Assembly (NCBI GenBank): GCA_030167865.1
Contig: JALAGF010004865.1
Location: 1 to 44,309 of the forward strand
From: Craspedostauros australis
Taxonomy: Eukaryota
DNA: 44,309 bases
Reading direction: 5' to 3'
The notes beneath the pieces were generated by a model. The model saw only the letters and a list, made by a program, of their open reading frames with translations, did not search any database and had not been told where the DNA came from. A program made the translations under genes and the position numbers. Positions 33,272 through 43,443 of this stretch are shown here, one piece after another; the first letter of the stretch is position 1, and each line of letters begins with the position of its first letter.

Positions 33272-34249
33272 TGCTGTGATTCTTCTGGTTGTGGCTGTCT
33301 CTGTGGTTGGGCGATCAATGAATGAGGAATCAAGTCAACCAGCCGGCATCGTTCGAAGTCTCTCAAGAAGCAGAGAGGGAGAGTATTGGTATGTTCTGTG
33401 GATGGACACTTGATGGTGACAGTGATCATCATGTGAGCGTTGCGGTTGTGACGATCTGTCTCAGTATTCTGCAGAGATGTCTGCAGCACCACCACCACCA
33501 TCGTCATCGTCATCATCACAGAGTTCGCAATGATTGAGCGAGGCGAGATGAGTCCTGGATACGTTTGTTGTCGATTGAAACGCGAATGGTGTCACCATCG
33601 TCATCGCCATCACCCTCTCGACAAAACGTGAGAAACGCCTCCGATGTCCACCAAAGAAGTCATCGTTGTGGATCTGTCACATCGTGGTGGATTCTTCGCA
33701 TCGTGGAGAATTCGTCACATTGCGGATCCACCCATTGCGGTCGTTCGATGACATCCAACTGCCGAAGAACTGTATCGATCGGAGTAGTATCACGGTTGAC
33801 TCCCCCAAGACCATCACAGAGGGATGTACTCATATTACAAACTATGGTATCACATGAAGAGGGACAACTGCACAGCGTGGCCAAGTTGGGCACCATCGAA
33901 GGTCGTATCATGTGAGCGAGCGAGCCAGCTTCGGATCGTGATGTGCCTGTCCACGGTCGTACCATACCATATCATACCATCGCACAGGATGTCATACACT
34001 GTGGTGGAACTGCGCAAGTCCATGCAGGCATGTTGACTGACGACACGTTGCTTCATGATGAATGCACAGGATCATGAAATGGAAGACAGCAAACTTGAGC
34101 AGATGAGCTCACAATCGCCATCCAAGCGCAACTGATTTGGGACGACACACTCTACCAGCACTACTCGTACGATTGTACCACCAATAACAACAATCACCAG
34201 CAGCACGGACAACAGCAACGACAGCAACGACAGCGACAACAAGAAAAGG

Positions 34250-35578
34250 ATGAACCGGAACATGGATGTTGTCACCAACACCAATACCAGCAGCGATCAT
34301 GATCCAGACTTCAAGACTTTCTGGAAACAACTCCATCGAAATGAGCTGCCACCGAAGACCATGTTCAATGTGCAGAGTCATCCAAGACAGCAGATCCACT
34401 GCTACAGTGTCACACCCAAGCGGATGGAACACTGGGACATGGCCGTCGAAGCAGGATTCACTTTTGATGACTTGAAATTGATGCAGCGGCGGCACGATCA
34501 CGTTGCTTTATCACCTCGTGTTCTACTGAGTGGTTCGTTTCGCAGGGGCCGAGGGCGGATGTATATTGGATCCCTACATCTGAACTTCGGCAGCAATGAC
34601 CAATTCGGAGAAGAAGACAAGCAAGTGATTCGCTTCGTACTTCGATTGGCTGCCAAACACCCATTTGAATCTTCATCCGACGAAGGCATCTACTTGACTC
34701 AATCCTTCATGAAGATGAAGCAGCTCCACGATATCCCTCTTGTGACACATCGTGTGAAGTTGTACTCATGTGATCTTGTTGATTGCGACAAACTCATGTT
34801 CAACATCTCACAAAACTCGAAGTGGGTTGCGTTTACTTCCTGTAAGCTCGCCAATGGAGGCGCTGATTTGTGCAGATGGCTGTCTCCAAACAATTGCAGC
34901 GTCACCGAAGTATCCTTTAAAATCACCCATATCACTCGCGATAGCTTGGCAAAGCTATTCCAGTCAAACAAGCGCATCAACAAGCTCGACATCACTTTTC
35001 ATGGTGACTACAACGGACAACGAACCTACTCACAAGAAGAAATCGACCAGATCATCAAACTCCTTTCGGATGCGTCACACCTGAAGAAGCTCAAAGTTTC
35101 CAATCATTGGTTTGAGTTATCGCGACAAGAGCTGGATACAAGGCTCGATGCATTGATATCGCTTCTGGGAAACAAGAGCTTGTCATCTCTCACATACTGG
35201 GACTTCTTGCATCCCGACTTGTCTGAGGTTCCGCCCGAGATCTCCTCGGCACAAATGGAAGCACTTCAGCAAGCCTTGGAGCAGACTACCCAACTCACCT
35301 ATCTCGACATTGATCCACGCCCGCCTGGCGAACATGCCCATTCGTACAATGCGCTTGTTGAACATAGCTTGCGGCGAAATCATCGCAACAAGGTGAGAGC
35401 AGTGCTGGGTTCCCTTCCAACATGGTCGCGGCCACTGGCCCTGTTTGGGGAGATGCTGATGAGAACAAGCAAACGTCGGTGTACAATGTATGCAATTGGT
35501 CTAATGGGCACAATGGATCCCATGAGCGAGACTTTCAACATTCTGCTGCAGGGCAGTGAGACGTTGAAACAGGCGTAG
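34250..35578 (+). CDS. RNI-like/degenerate LRR protein, paralog A5 (442 aa)
   Basis: Intact ORF, collinear with the other paralogs; a mosaic of A4-, A2- and A3-like segments. Confidence 0.8.
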   Translation: MNRNMDVVTNTNTSSDHDPDFKTFWKQLHRNELPPKTMFNVQSHPRQQIHCYSVTPKRMEHWDMAVEAGFTFDDLKLMQRRHDHVALSPRVLLSGSFRRGRGRMYIGSLHLNFGSNDQFGEEDKQVIRFVLRLAAKHPFESSSDEGIYLTQSFMKMKQLHDIPLVTHRVKLYSCDLVDCDKLMFNISQNSKWVAFTSCKLANGGADLCRWLSPNNCSVTEVSFKITHITRDSLAKLFQSNKRINKLDITFHGDYNGQRTYSQEEIDQIIKLLSDASHLKKLKVSNHWFELSRQELDTRLDALISLLGNKSLSSLTYWDFLHPDLSEVPPEISSAQMEALQQALEQTTQLTYLDIDPRPPGEHAHSYNALVEHSLRRNHRNKVRAVLGSLPTWSRPLALFGEMLMRTSKRRCTMYAIGLMGTMDPMSETFNILLQGSETLKQA

Positions 35579-35754
35579 GATGACAAGAGAGCGAATCAGC
35601 TTGCCGCACCAAAAGAAGATCTCATTTCCCACGATAAACCACGGCACAAGAAGCGGCATCGCCTTGATGAAACCAAGGCACTTCTGCGAGTGTGGCAGAA
35701 GTGATCGTAGACTGGTGGTACTTATCAATACAATGGTGCTTCAGCTTGACTGTT

Positions 35755-35757
<3 letters not shown>

Positions 35758-35788
<31 letters not shown>
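35758..35788 (+). repeat. (AG)~15 microsatellite
   Basis: Perfect dinucleotide run. Confidence 0.95.
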
Positions 35789-35792
<4 letters not shown>

Positions 35793-36488
35793 TATCGACG
35801 ATCGACAGAGGACAATTCATATCGTGGGACAGTACGCAGTCTTACTCCAATTAGTTTTAATGCGCTGGTACTATTGGTTGACGTGTATGGTGTACGGGGA
35901 GAGAGGATGTGGCGGGTCCATTGGTGCCTTCACAAATGCCACGCAGCATCAACCTTGGGAACTCCTCGGAGAGGTTGTGGTGAGGTTTCCCTCGTCGATT
36001 TTGGTGTCGCATCTGGGAGCTTGCCGCATGTCTACAGGCACTGGTAGGTGTGTGCAGTTGGAAGAGTGGGGTCAACTTTTGTCGATGCGTCATGGACCCA
36101 ACAGTGATTGCCGCTGTTGCTCAACATGATCAGCGGCATGATCAGCAGTGACGGAACCGGAAGGCATGAATGCTGCACAAAGGAGTATAATAGGATTGAG
36201 AGAATCTTCATTCTTCTGCTGATGACTCACGGCGTGGTTGTAATCATGATGATGACGACAGTGTAGATGACGACAATGTAGATGATGACGGGATCATAAG
36301 CTCATCATGCCATCCGCCCCCCGATAGGTGGTCGTTGCATACTCGTTCACATCGGTGGCAATCCCTCTTCGTGTATCATGTATTATACGATTGATCAGGT
36401 GAGAGCAGTCCGGCCGCGCCTCGACTGCACACCTAGCTCTGTGAGCGAGTCCATGTTCGGTGATGACCGAGCGTTGTCTGTCGTTCTT

Positions 36489-37559
36489 CTAAGTTTGCTT
36501 TGGATGGATTGGTGGGACGTAAAACGGCGTTCGCATGAAGATCTTGTCTTTGGAGGATTCCGGCAACCAGCTGATCAATCGGAAGACGGTGTTGGCGCCA
36601 GCGCCAACCCACTTTGACGCCGGCAACTTCTCGATGTCGGTCTCGATGAACTTTGCGAGGGTACCGACCACGATGCCTGCTGACTGGTTGCCAGTCATAT
36701 CTCTGGACTCATGCTCGGCCAGATTTGTATTCTTCCATTCTCTCACTTTCTCGGCATCGTACATGGCCTTCACGTCCTTCGGCGCATTCTCCAGATTGAA
36801 ATCTATCCTGTCGAAGTACTCACGCATCATATCAGTCTTGATGGCGCTTGGGCGGATCTTCACGACGCAAATATTCAAAGTGCTGAGCTCCATCCGAAGC
36901 GAGTCGCTCCATGCCTCCACTGCATACTTGCTCGCACTATACGTCGACATGTTTCCCCAGGAAAGTTTGCCAATGATCGAGCTGAGATTGAGGATGCGTG
37001 CACCCTCCGGCAGGGACATGGATGTATTGATCATGAGTGGCAGCAAGGCCTTCGTCACGCGAAGGCAGCCAAAGAAATTCACGTCCATGGTCTTCTTGTA
37101 GGAGGAGATATCACGGAACCAAACGAAATCACCAGGATCCAGGATGCCCGCATTGTTCACGATTGTGTGCAACACGATATTCGGGTCGACCACCATGGTT
37201 GCTGCTTTCTTTTCCATCCTGGCAATGTCAACATCGGACGTCACATCACACTTCATCGCGACGAGGCTCTCGGGCGCCAGCTTATTCAGCATAGTCGCGC
37301 TCTCCTCCTTCAATGTGAGCGCCAGGACCATATACCTTGGGTTCTGACTCAGCTTCTCCACCAGCACCCGTCCGAAGCCACGGTCGCATCCTGAAACGAC
37401 GACCAATCGTTTGCGTTCGTCATTTGGATCGGCCTTGGTCTTCCCAGATCTTGCCTTCCTGAGGAGAAGGTAAGCGGCAATAGCAGCCACCGAAGCCCCT
37501 GCGGCGATGCTAGTCGTGTCGGCCTTGATGGAGGTGGAAGAGATACGGGAAAGAAGCAT
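36489..37559 (-). CDS. SDR9C-like short-chain dehydrogenase, paralog 2
   Basis: VVSGCDRGFG, NNAG, NLSS and YSASK; N-terminal hydrophobic anchor; collinear with 14718-15806. Confidence 0.92.
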   Translation of the reverse strand: MLLSRISSTSIKADTTSIAAGASVAAIAAYLLLRKARSGKTKADPNDERKRLVVVSGCDRGFGRVLVEKLSQNPRYMVLALTLKEESATMLNKLAPESLVAMKCDVTSDVDIARMEKKAATMVVDPNIVLHTIVNNAGILDPGDFVWFRDISSYKKTMDVNFFGCLRVTKALLPLMINTSMSLPEGARILNLSSIIGKLSWGNMSTYSASKYAVEAWSDSLRMELSTLNICVVKIRPSAIKTDMMREYFDRIDFNLENAPKDVKAMYDAEKVREWKNTNLAEHESRDMTGNQSAGIVVGTLAKFIETDIEKLPASKWVGAGANTVFRLISWLPESSKDKIFMRTPFYVPPIHPKQT

Positions 37560-38445
37560 GGTCGTTGGTGCGTGTCCTTGTTCGTGTGCTCCTTCTTCTC
37601 ACACCTTGAGTGTCGCCGATCTGGTGATTTGTGAGGCGAGGAAAAGCAATTTCTGCGAGGATGCTGTTTCCCTCCTGGTCCTCGCTGCACAACGATCGTT
37701 GGGGCTCTGACATCCAAACATCCATGCCTTCCAGACTACATTACGCGTGCGAGGACATGCCACATGCTGCACAGAGTGAAGGCAGACGACGTCCAATGGA
37801 ACCATGTGCACATCGTGCTGATGTGACACGTCGCTGTTGTTGAAGTCACGGACAGAACGCAAAAGGCTCCTCTGTCTGGTTGAACTGCGCGCAGTCTGAT
37901 GGCATTTATCGATCACCCCTTTCCCAACACGACAAGACAACAGCGATGCTGGAGTATGAGCTGCTCTTTGTGCAGGATTGGCAAGGACGGGGCATTATCA
38001 CTTCTGTCATGGGAAGGAACAGAACATCGCCGCAACCAACCTGCCTGGATCTTTGCGCGATTCGCAGAAGTTGTGGAACACAGAGACGGTCCAACCTCTC
38101 CGACTGTCCACGCCATCGACGGCTGCCATCACGATTGTGCTGTTCCTTGAAGTTGCGAAGAGGATCCAAACGCATCAATTCTGGATTCCAAAATAGTTCT
38201 TAAATATAATTATTACCGTAACTTCCAATTGACGATGAGGACAGAAGTCGCTCTGGACCGTCCGGTACTTGGATTAGTCATGGATAAAACCGAAGGACAG
38301 ACCGCCAATCGAACTTCATGACGTTTCGAATTGAGTCCCGCGTAACCCTGTTCTGTCTTCAAGTAACAATTTGAATAATAATGGACGTTATATTGACGTT
38401 ACGCATGTCGGTCTTATTCCATGTTAGATAGCATGGCTGGCGTGT

Positions 38446-38560
38446 TTCAGAATGATTCAGAATCNNNNNNNNATTCAGAACGGATTCAGACTTTCAGAAC
38501 CGATTCAGAACGGAGTCAGAACTTCAGAACTTCTGACTTTTTCCATTCTGATTCTGAATC
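38446..38560. repeat. TTCAGAA/ATTCAGA-based minisatellite block 1 (spans N gap 38465-38472)
   Basis: attcagaacggattcagactttcagaaccgattcagaacggagtcagaacttcagaacttctga. Confidence 0.85.
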
Positions 38561-38975
38561 GAGAGTGTCTCCCCCAGTGATCGTCGCGGGGGCTTCGCTG
38601 CGACATCAACAACATGACCACGAGCCGAAGCATGTTGGCACCAAAAAAGATGTCGTAGCCGATGTGATGACGAAGGCTAACATGTTACTCTACTCAGTAT
38701 TCTGTTCTTTGGTGGAATGTTATCTTGTCAGCCATCGAAAATCGAAGAATACGTACTTGCAACCTGATGAGTGAAGAGTTGCAAGCATGCAGCAACAGAA
38801 ACAGAGACAATGGAGTAGCTATCGATTATTTGCGTGTGGGTGCTTGGAAGCAAACAACGAAGAAGCAGCTGTTGTGTTACCAAGTTGTCATGTTAGGAAG
38901 GCGTTAGTAGATGTTATGCGCCATGTTTCAAATAACGACAATCTTGTGCAGAACTTGACTTGCATCCGCGACAGC

Positions 38976-39096
38976 ATTCAGACTTTCAGAATGGATTCAG
39001 AACGGAGTCAGAACGGATTCAGAACTTCAGAAGTTCTGATTCAGAACTTCAGAAGTTCTGATTCTGAATTCAGAATGAGCAGTCTGATTCAGAACG
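38976..39096. repeat. TTCAGAA-based minisatellite block 2 with tandem palindromes
   Basis: Direct repeat of block 1. Contains tcagaacttc-a-gaagttctga twice (39019-39039 and 39041-39061). Confidence 0.85.
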
Positions 39097-39473
39097 GTGA
39101 CAGGAAGACACTCAAGTGTTCCGTGTTGGCTGGCCTGTCCTGCTCTCTAACCGTTACTAAATTGATACAACCGTTATATTTAGTCTCCAAGCATGTTTTG
39201 GAAGGATTGAAACGCGAACCCACGAAAATGATGTAGTACGAGTCTAATGAGTCAAATGAAACCGTCTTATTTATCCACGACTAATCCAAGTACCGGACGG
39301 TCCTGTTGCATTGCCAGCGCTCCTGCGTGTCGGTCTCTGTGGTCTTCATTGTCACTATATCCGTCCACGACACTATTCCCGCGCTAAGCATGCGCCAATG
39401 TTGGCATTGTTGTCAGCTTGCTCAACGAGAGTTGCGGAGAGACAAGCACAGTCGTCGTCGTCGTCGTTGCTTC

Positions 39474-40529
39474 TCATGTGCTGACAGATTTTGGATCATC
39501 CGGATGGGTCGGTGGGACGTAGAACGGTTCGCCCATGAAGAGCCTGTCCGTCACGAAGTCAGGCAGCCAGCTCAACACACGGATTACGGTCTTGGCGTCA
39601 CCACCTACCCATTCTGCTGTTGGCAATTCACTGATGTCAGCCTCAATGAATCTCTCCAGAGTGTCGACGGCGACGGTGGCTGGGAAGGCACCTCCCGACT
39701 TGTTGGGGTCCGAATGATCCAGCATTGCCTGCCACCATTTCTCGGCTCGCTTTAGATCGAACATGGCCCGCACGTCATCCGGCGCGTTCGTGAGGTTCGA
39801 TTTCATGCTCCGCACGAACTCGAGCGGCATGTCCGTCTTGATGGTGCCAGGACGAAGCTTCACCACGCGGATGTTGAACCTGCTCACTTCCAGCCGGAGA
39901 GAGTCACTCCACGCCTCCATGGCGGCCTTGCTTGCGCTGTATGCCGAGTTACCTCCCGTTGATACCTTGCCGCAAACCGAGCTGAGGTTGAGGATGCGGG
40001 CGCCTTCTGCCATCAACATGGATGTCTTGATCATGTGCGGTAGCAGAGCCTTCGTCAAACGAAGGCTGCCCAAGAAGTTGACGTTCATGGTCCACTCAAA
40101 CGACGAGATGTCGCGAAACCAAATGAAGTCACCAGGATTGGCGACTCCCGCATTGTTCACAATGGTGTGGAGAACGATGTCTGGATCTGCAACCATGTCC
40201 GCCACCTTCTTCTCCATGTTGGCAATGTCGCAGTCCGATGTCACATCGCACTTCATGGCAAGGAGACGGTCCCGAACCAACTTATTGAGTGCCGTGACAT
40301 TCTCTTCCTTCAAAGTTAGAGCAAGGATGATGTACCTTGGGTTGCTGCTGAGTTGCTCGACGAGTAGTCGTCCCAAGCCTCGGTCGCAACCTGAAACGAC
40401 CACTAAACGCTTCCGCTTGTCATTTGGATCAGTTTTGTTGCCTCGAGATCCTGGTTTCGCAAGCAGAAAACAGGTGACGATCGCAGCCAACGAAACCAAT
40501 GCCGTAGTGCGAGCCGCATTCGCATCCAT
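39474..40529 (-). CDS. SDR9C-like short-chain dehydrogenase, paralog 3
   Basis: VVSGCDRGLG, NNAG, NLSS and YSASK; N-terminal anchor ALVSLAAIVTCFLLA. Confidence 0.92.
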   Translation of the reverse strand: MDANAARTTALVSLAAIVTCFLLAKPGSRGNKTDPNDKRKRLVVVSGCDRGLGRLLVEQLSSNPRYIILALTLKEENVTALNKLVRDRLLAMKCDVTSDCDIANMEKKVADMVADPDIVLHTIVNNAGVANPGDFIWFRDISSFEWTMNVNFLGSLRLTKALLPHMIKTSMLMAEGARILNLSSVCGKVSTGGNSAYSASKAAMEAWSDSLRLEVSRFNIRVVKLRPGTIKTDMPLEFVRSMKSNLTNAPDDVRAMFDLKRAEKWWQAMLDHSDPNKSGGAFPATVAVDTLERFIEADISELPTAEWVGGDAKTVIRVLSWLPDFVTDRLFMGEPFYVPPTHPDDPKSVST

Positions 40530-41731
40530 GGAAATGGGAGGGATCTGGAAAGGAGACGTGGTTTGTCGCTGTGTGGCTTTGCTCTGGTCCGGTCTCCCGT
40601 TGTTTGATTGATTGAAATGTTCTCAACAGTTTCTTTTCCTTTCCCTTGGCAAGCTCCAGATGATACTCTATTGGTGCATGGATGCGATGTGATGTGATAG
40701 AAAGCAAGCCAAGGCGCGGAAGAGGGTGGTTCGATGGGATCAGTTGAAGTGAGACAAAAGGATGCAGAGTAAATCATGTTCGCAGCACAGCTCGGCGCAT
40801 CCATCGTCCCATTGTCTTCACAGTCGCTATCGTCCCCATCAAATGCATGTCTGTTCGTATCGAAGGCTTGCAATCCAGATCACGAGATCGTTGCGATCTA
40901 GCTGTAACTTGAACGAGGCAAACACCAATCCGTACTCACCGCCACGACTTCCCGAATCTTTGGATTTATGCCAGCAATAGGGTTTGCTCGTTCTGTTGCG
41001 CTCCACCGCTCACACCTGCAACATGGTCGCTCCCTCGACGCTCAATCTCTTTCGGCGCTGTCACCTGCACCGCTGCACCTTGTTGATGTTATGATACAGG
41101 ATCTGAAAGGAAATCTTCTCTCTCCTTTCCAAACCTCCGGATTGGAAAAGGCATCTACACCCAACGTCCCCGCTGCATCAATGGATGGCATCCCCATGCC
41201 AGGTATTGCGATGATGCACAGCAGATCGTAGAAACACGGATTGGCTGGGTTCAATACCTGTGTGGATGTCACATCAATCTCCCTTGGAGTGGGCACTCCA
41301 CAACTGGGTATTATAATAGCAGAAAAAGCTCTGTCCGCCAAGTCCTGGAGAGTTCCGCCATCCTGGACGCGAATAATGATGGTGGCGCCAACGAGTCCTG
41401 GATCGTCCTGCTATTCGTGACCAACACGCCACAAGTGTCACAAAGATACCTTTGTGCAATCGGGTTTCGCCAGACAGCCACGTCAACAACAAACAGCCAA
41501 ACAGCGACAACACATACCTCGTCGAGACACAGCCAAACATGCCATAAGCTGACAGACATCCACGAGGATACGCGTAGATCGTACCATTCCAGCACAATAC
41601 GAGTTCAGAGGAAGAGAGGGTGCTCGATCCATCTGTTTGATAGGTGCAAAAGCATCAAACCCCATTTCTACTGTTGTATTATGTACCATATCCCAACTTT
41701 TCTCCCCCGACCTGTGCCCTTGCTCCATCGT

Positions 41732-43443
41732 TCAAGCCATGCCGCTGTTGGCAACCACAATGTTCGATCGCCGCGCCATGTTGCGGAATCCCATGGCGAT
41801 CTTATCCGAGACCTCGACCCAATGCCCGTCCTCGGTGCGATTCAGGAACCTCGCTCCCAGGGAGTGCACCGTGGCCAGCAGGGTCTGTGACACCATCGTC
41901 TTTTCGGAACGGTCCGACACCGCCACGGCGGCATACGCCGATACGTGCTGCTCGAGCAGCTTGGTGAAGGCCTCGTTGCCAGGAAACGCCTGTCGCACGT
42001 GGCTGCGACCCAGCAAAATATCTTGCTGCCGCGGAACGGTGATCTGCGGTGCATCAGGATCCTCGCGAGCCTTGTGTCGCACTTCCTCCTCTCGATCGTG
42101 CTGTTCCTGCTCGTACGTCCACAGCATCTCGAGACGTTTCCGAAACAGCTTCTCTTTCAAACAGCCGTTGCGATCCAACGAAATGTGTCGGCCTGGATGC
42201 CAAACGACGACATGCTGTACTGACATTCAACGTGCGAACCGAAGTGGATCTTGGTGCGCGAGTAGACCTCCTTGGGCGCGGCCAAGATGAGCAGCGAGAA
42301 CATGCTCTTCATGAGGCCGTCGTCGAAGGCGAAGTGCGCGGCCGTGATGCGCATGGGGATGACGTCTATGACAATGTTCCTCGATTCTCGCGCCAGCTCC
42401 GTCTGGGCGTCGTCACGCGGCGTGTCGATGGGATAGACGATCGCCACGGATCCCTTGCGGTGCGCGTCGTCGTCGATGCGCTGCACGCAGGACATGACTG
42501 TGTACCAGAAGCAGCGCGCCAAGCATTGGTCGTTGGGAATCAGATTTTTGCGGTACTTGTAGATATTGACGTTGAGGCATCGGCCTGTGCTGTCCGTGCA
42601 GTCGGGGAACATCTGGAAGCATCCTGACGACAGCATCCTGCGATCGACGTCGTGCAGATCCGTCCATCGCACGGGGCGTGCCAAGCATCCCAATCCGAAT
42701 AGATTCAACTTGAATTCAAAGTGGCGCACGATGCGCTTCGCCGCCAGTTCGGCATCGAAGAGATCCGTCCGCAGGAACCAAATCAAGAGTTGCGGATGCA
42801 TGACGTAGGATTGCGACAAGAACAAGGCCTTGTTGTATGCACCCCTATCCTTGATGCTTTCCAATGCGGATTGCAGCTCTTTCAGTTTGTGCTCAATGAA
42901 TGCAGGCCGTTCATCGATGATGCGGCCGACACCATGCACCTCCTCGTAGATGATGTCGCGTTCCTTCAACGTCAATGACTTCAGCTGTTCGCAGATTTTG
43001 ATCTCGGCCTCGGTCAGATTCGTGGTTGCACCGCGTCCATTTTTGCGATTGTTTGTTGCCTGCTGTTGTGCGGACGACGAAGCAGCCGAATAGGGCACGC
43101 TGAGGCTGCGGTTTGTGTTCGCATGTAACATTTGCAAAGCGGATCCAGGTGATGGGAACATGAAGCACCGCGTTTCATGCTGGGGTCGTGCTGCAGGTGA
43201 GTTGCCTCCACCCCCGATGCACGGCGCATATCCAGCGCTGCTGCAGAGGCTGCCGCATCTGTCCTCGGTGTTGTGCATGGCTGGGGAAGATGACGACAAT
43301 GAAGAAGACGACGATGGCGACAGGATGCCGACACCATTGCGTGCGATTGCTTGCGATCGTGTCGCACGCGGCTGTGGCTTGTTGGCGCTTCGTTGCTGTC
43401 CGATGGGGGGTTGGCTGATGTGCTCTTGTCTCTGTCGTTTCAT
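41732..43443 (-). pseudogene. Frameshifted paralog of the CRAL-TRIO-like/DUF6824 gene
   Basis: ORFs 42157..43554 (ATG 43443) and 41732..42226 together align with 12270-13892. One missing base at ~42180 turns TFPLDRNGCLK (cf. TFPLDENGNLK) into TFRWIATAV-stop. It also lacks 5 aa in the DUF6824 helix (DKIAMGFRN vs DKIACAKIAMAFRN). Confidence 0.75.

Larger units (their letters stand above)
16993..35600. repeat. Tandem segmental array of five LRR-like gene units (start-to-start spacings 3408, 4889, 4808 and 3517 bp)
   Basis: The anchor atgagtcctggatacgtt recurs at ~16993, 20361, 25253, 30090 and 33548. Each copy is followed by a homologous upstream block and a homologous CDS. Similarity ends shortly after the fifth stop codon. 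Confidence 0.95.
38255..39303. mobile_element. Non-autonomous TIR element (MITE-like, ~1.05 kb as assembled, contains an N gap)
   Basis: 34-bp inverted repeats with 33/34 identity: ggaccgtccggtacttggattagtcatggataaa (38255-38288) and its reverse complement at 39270-39303. No transposase ORF and no obvious target-site duplication. Confidence 0.7.

Noticed and set aside
16993-35600. CRISPR-like or diversity-generating retroelement explanation for the repeat/variable pattern
   Set aside because: Units are kb-scale genes. No reverse transcriptase or cas gene is present, no invariant template repeat was seen, and the variation is not obviously restricted to adenines.
38976-39096. Heat-shock element array
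   Set aside because: Spacing is GAAnTTC/TTCnGAA rather than the canonical GAAnnTTC/TTCnnGAA; better explained as an internal repeat of the TIR element.
38421-39236. ORFs 38421..38774 and 38787..39236 as transposase fragments
   Set aside because: Largely translations of the minisatellite; no DDE or other recognisable motif.
40760-41600. Possible decayed gene between SDR3 and the DUF6824 pseudogene
   Set aside because: Short ORFs look vaguely protein-like, but no family could be recognised without a search.
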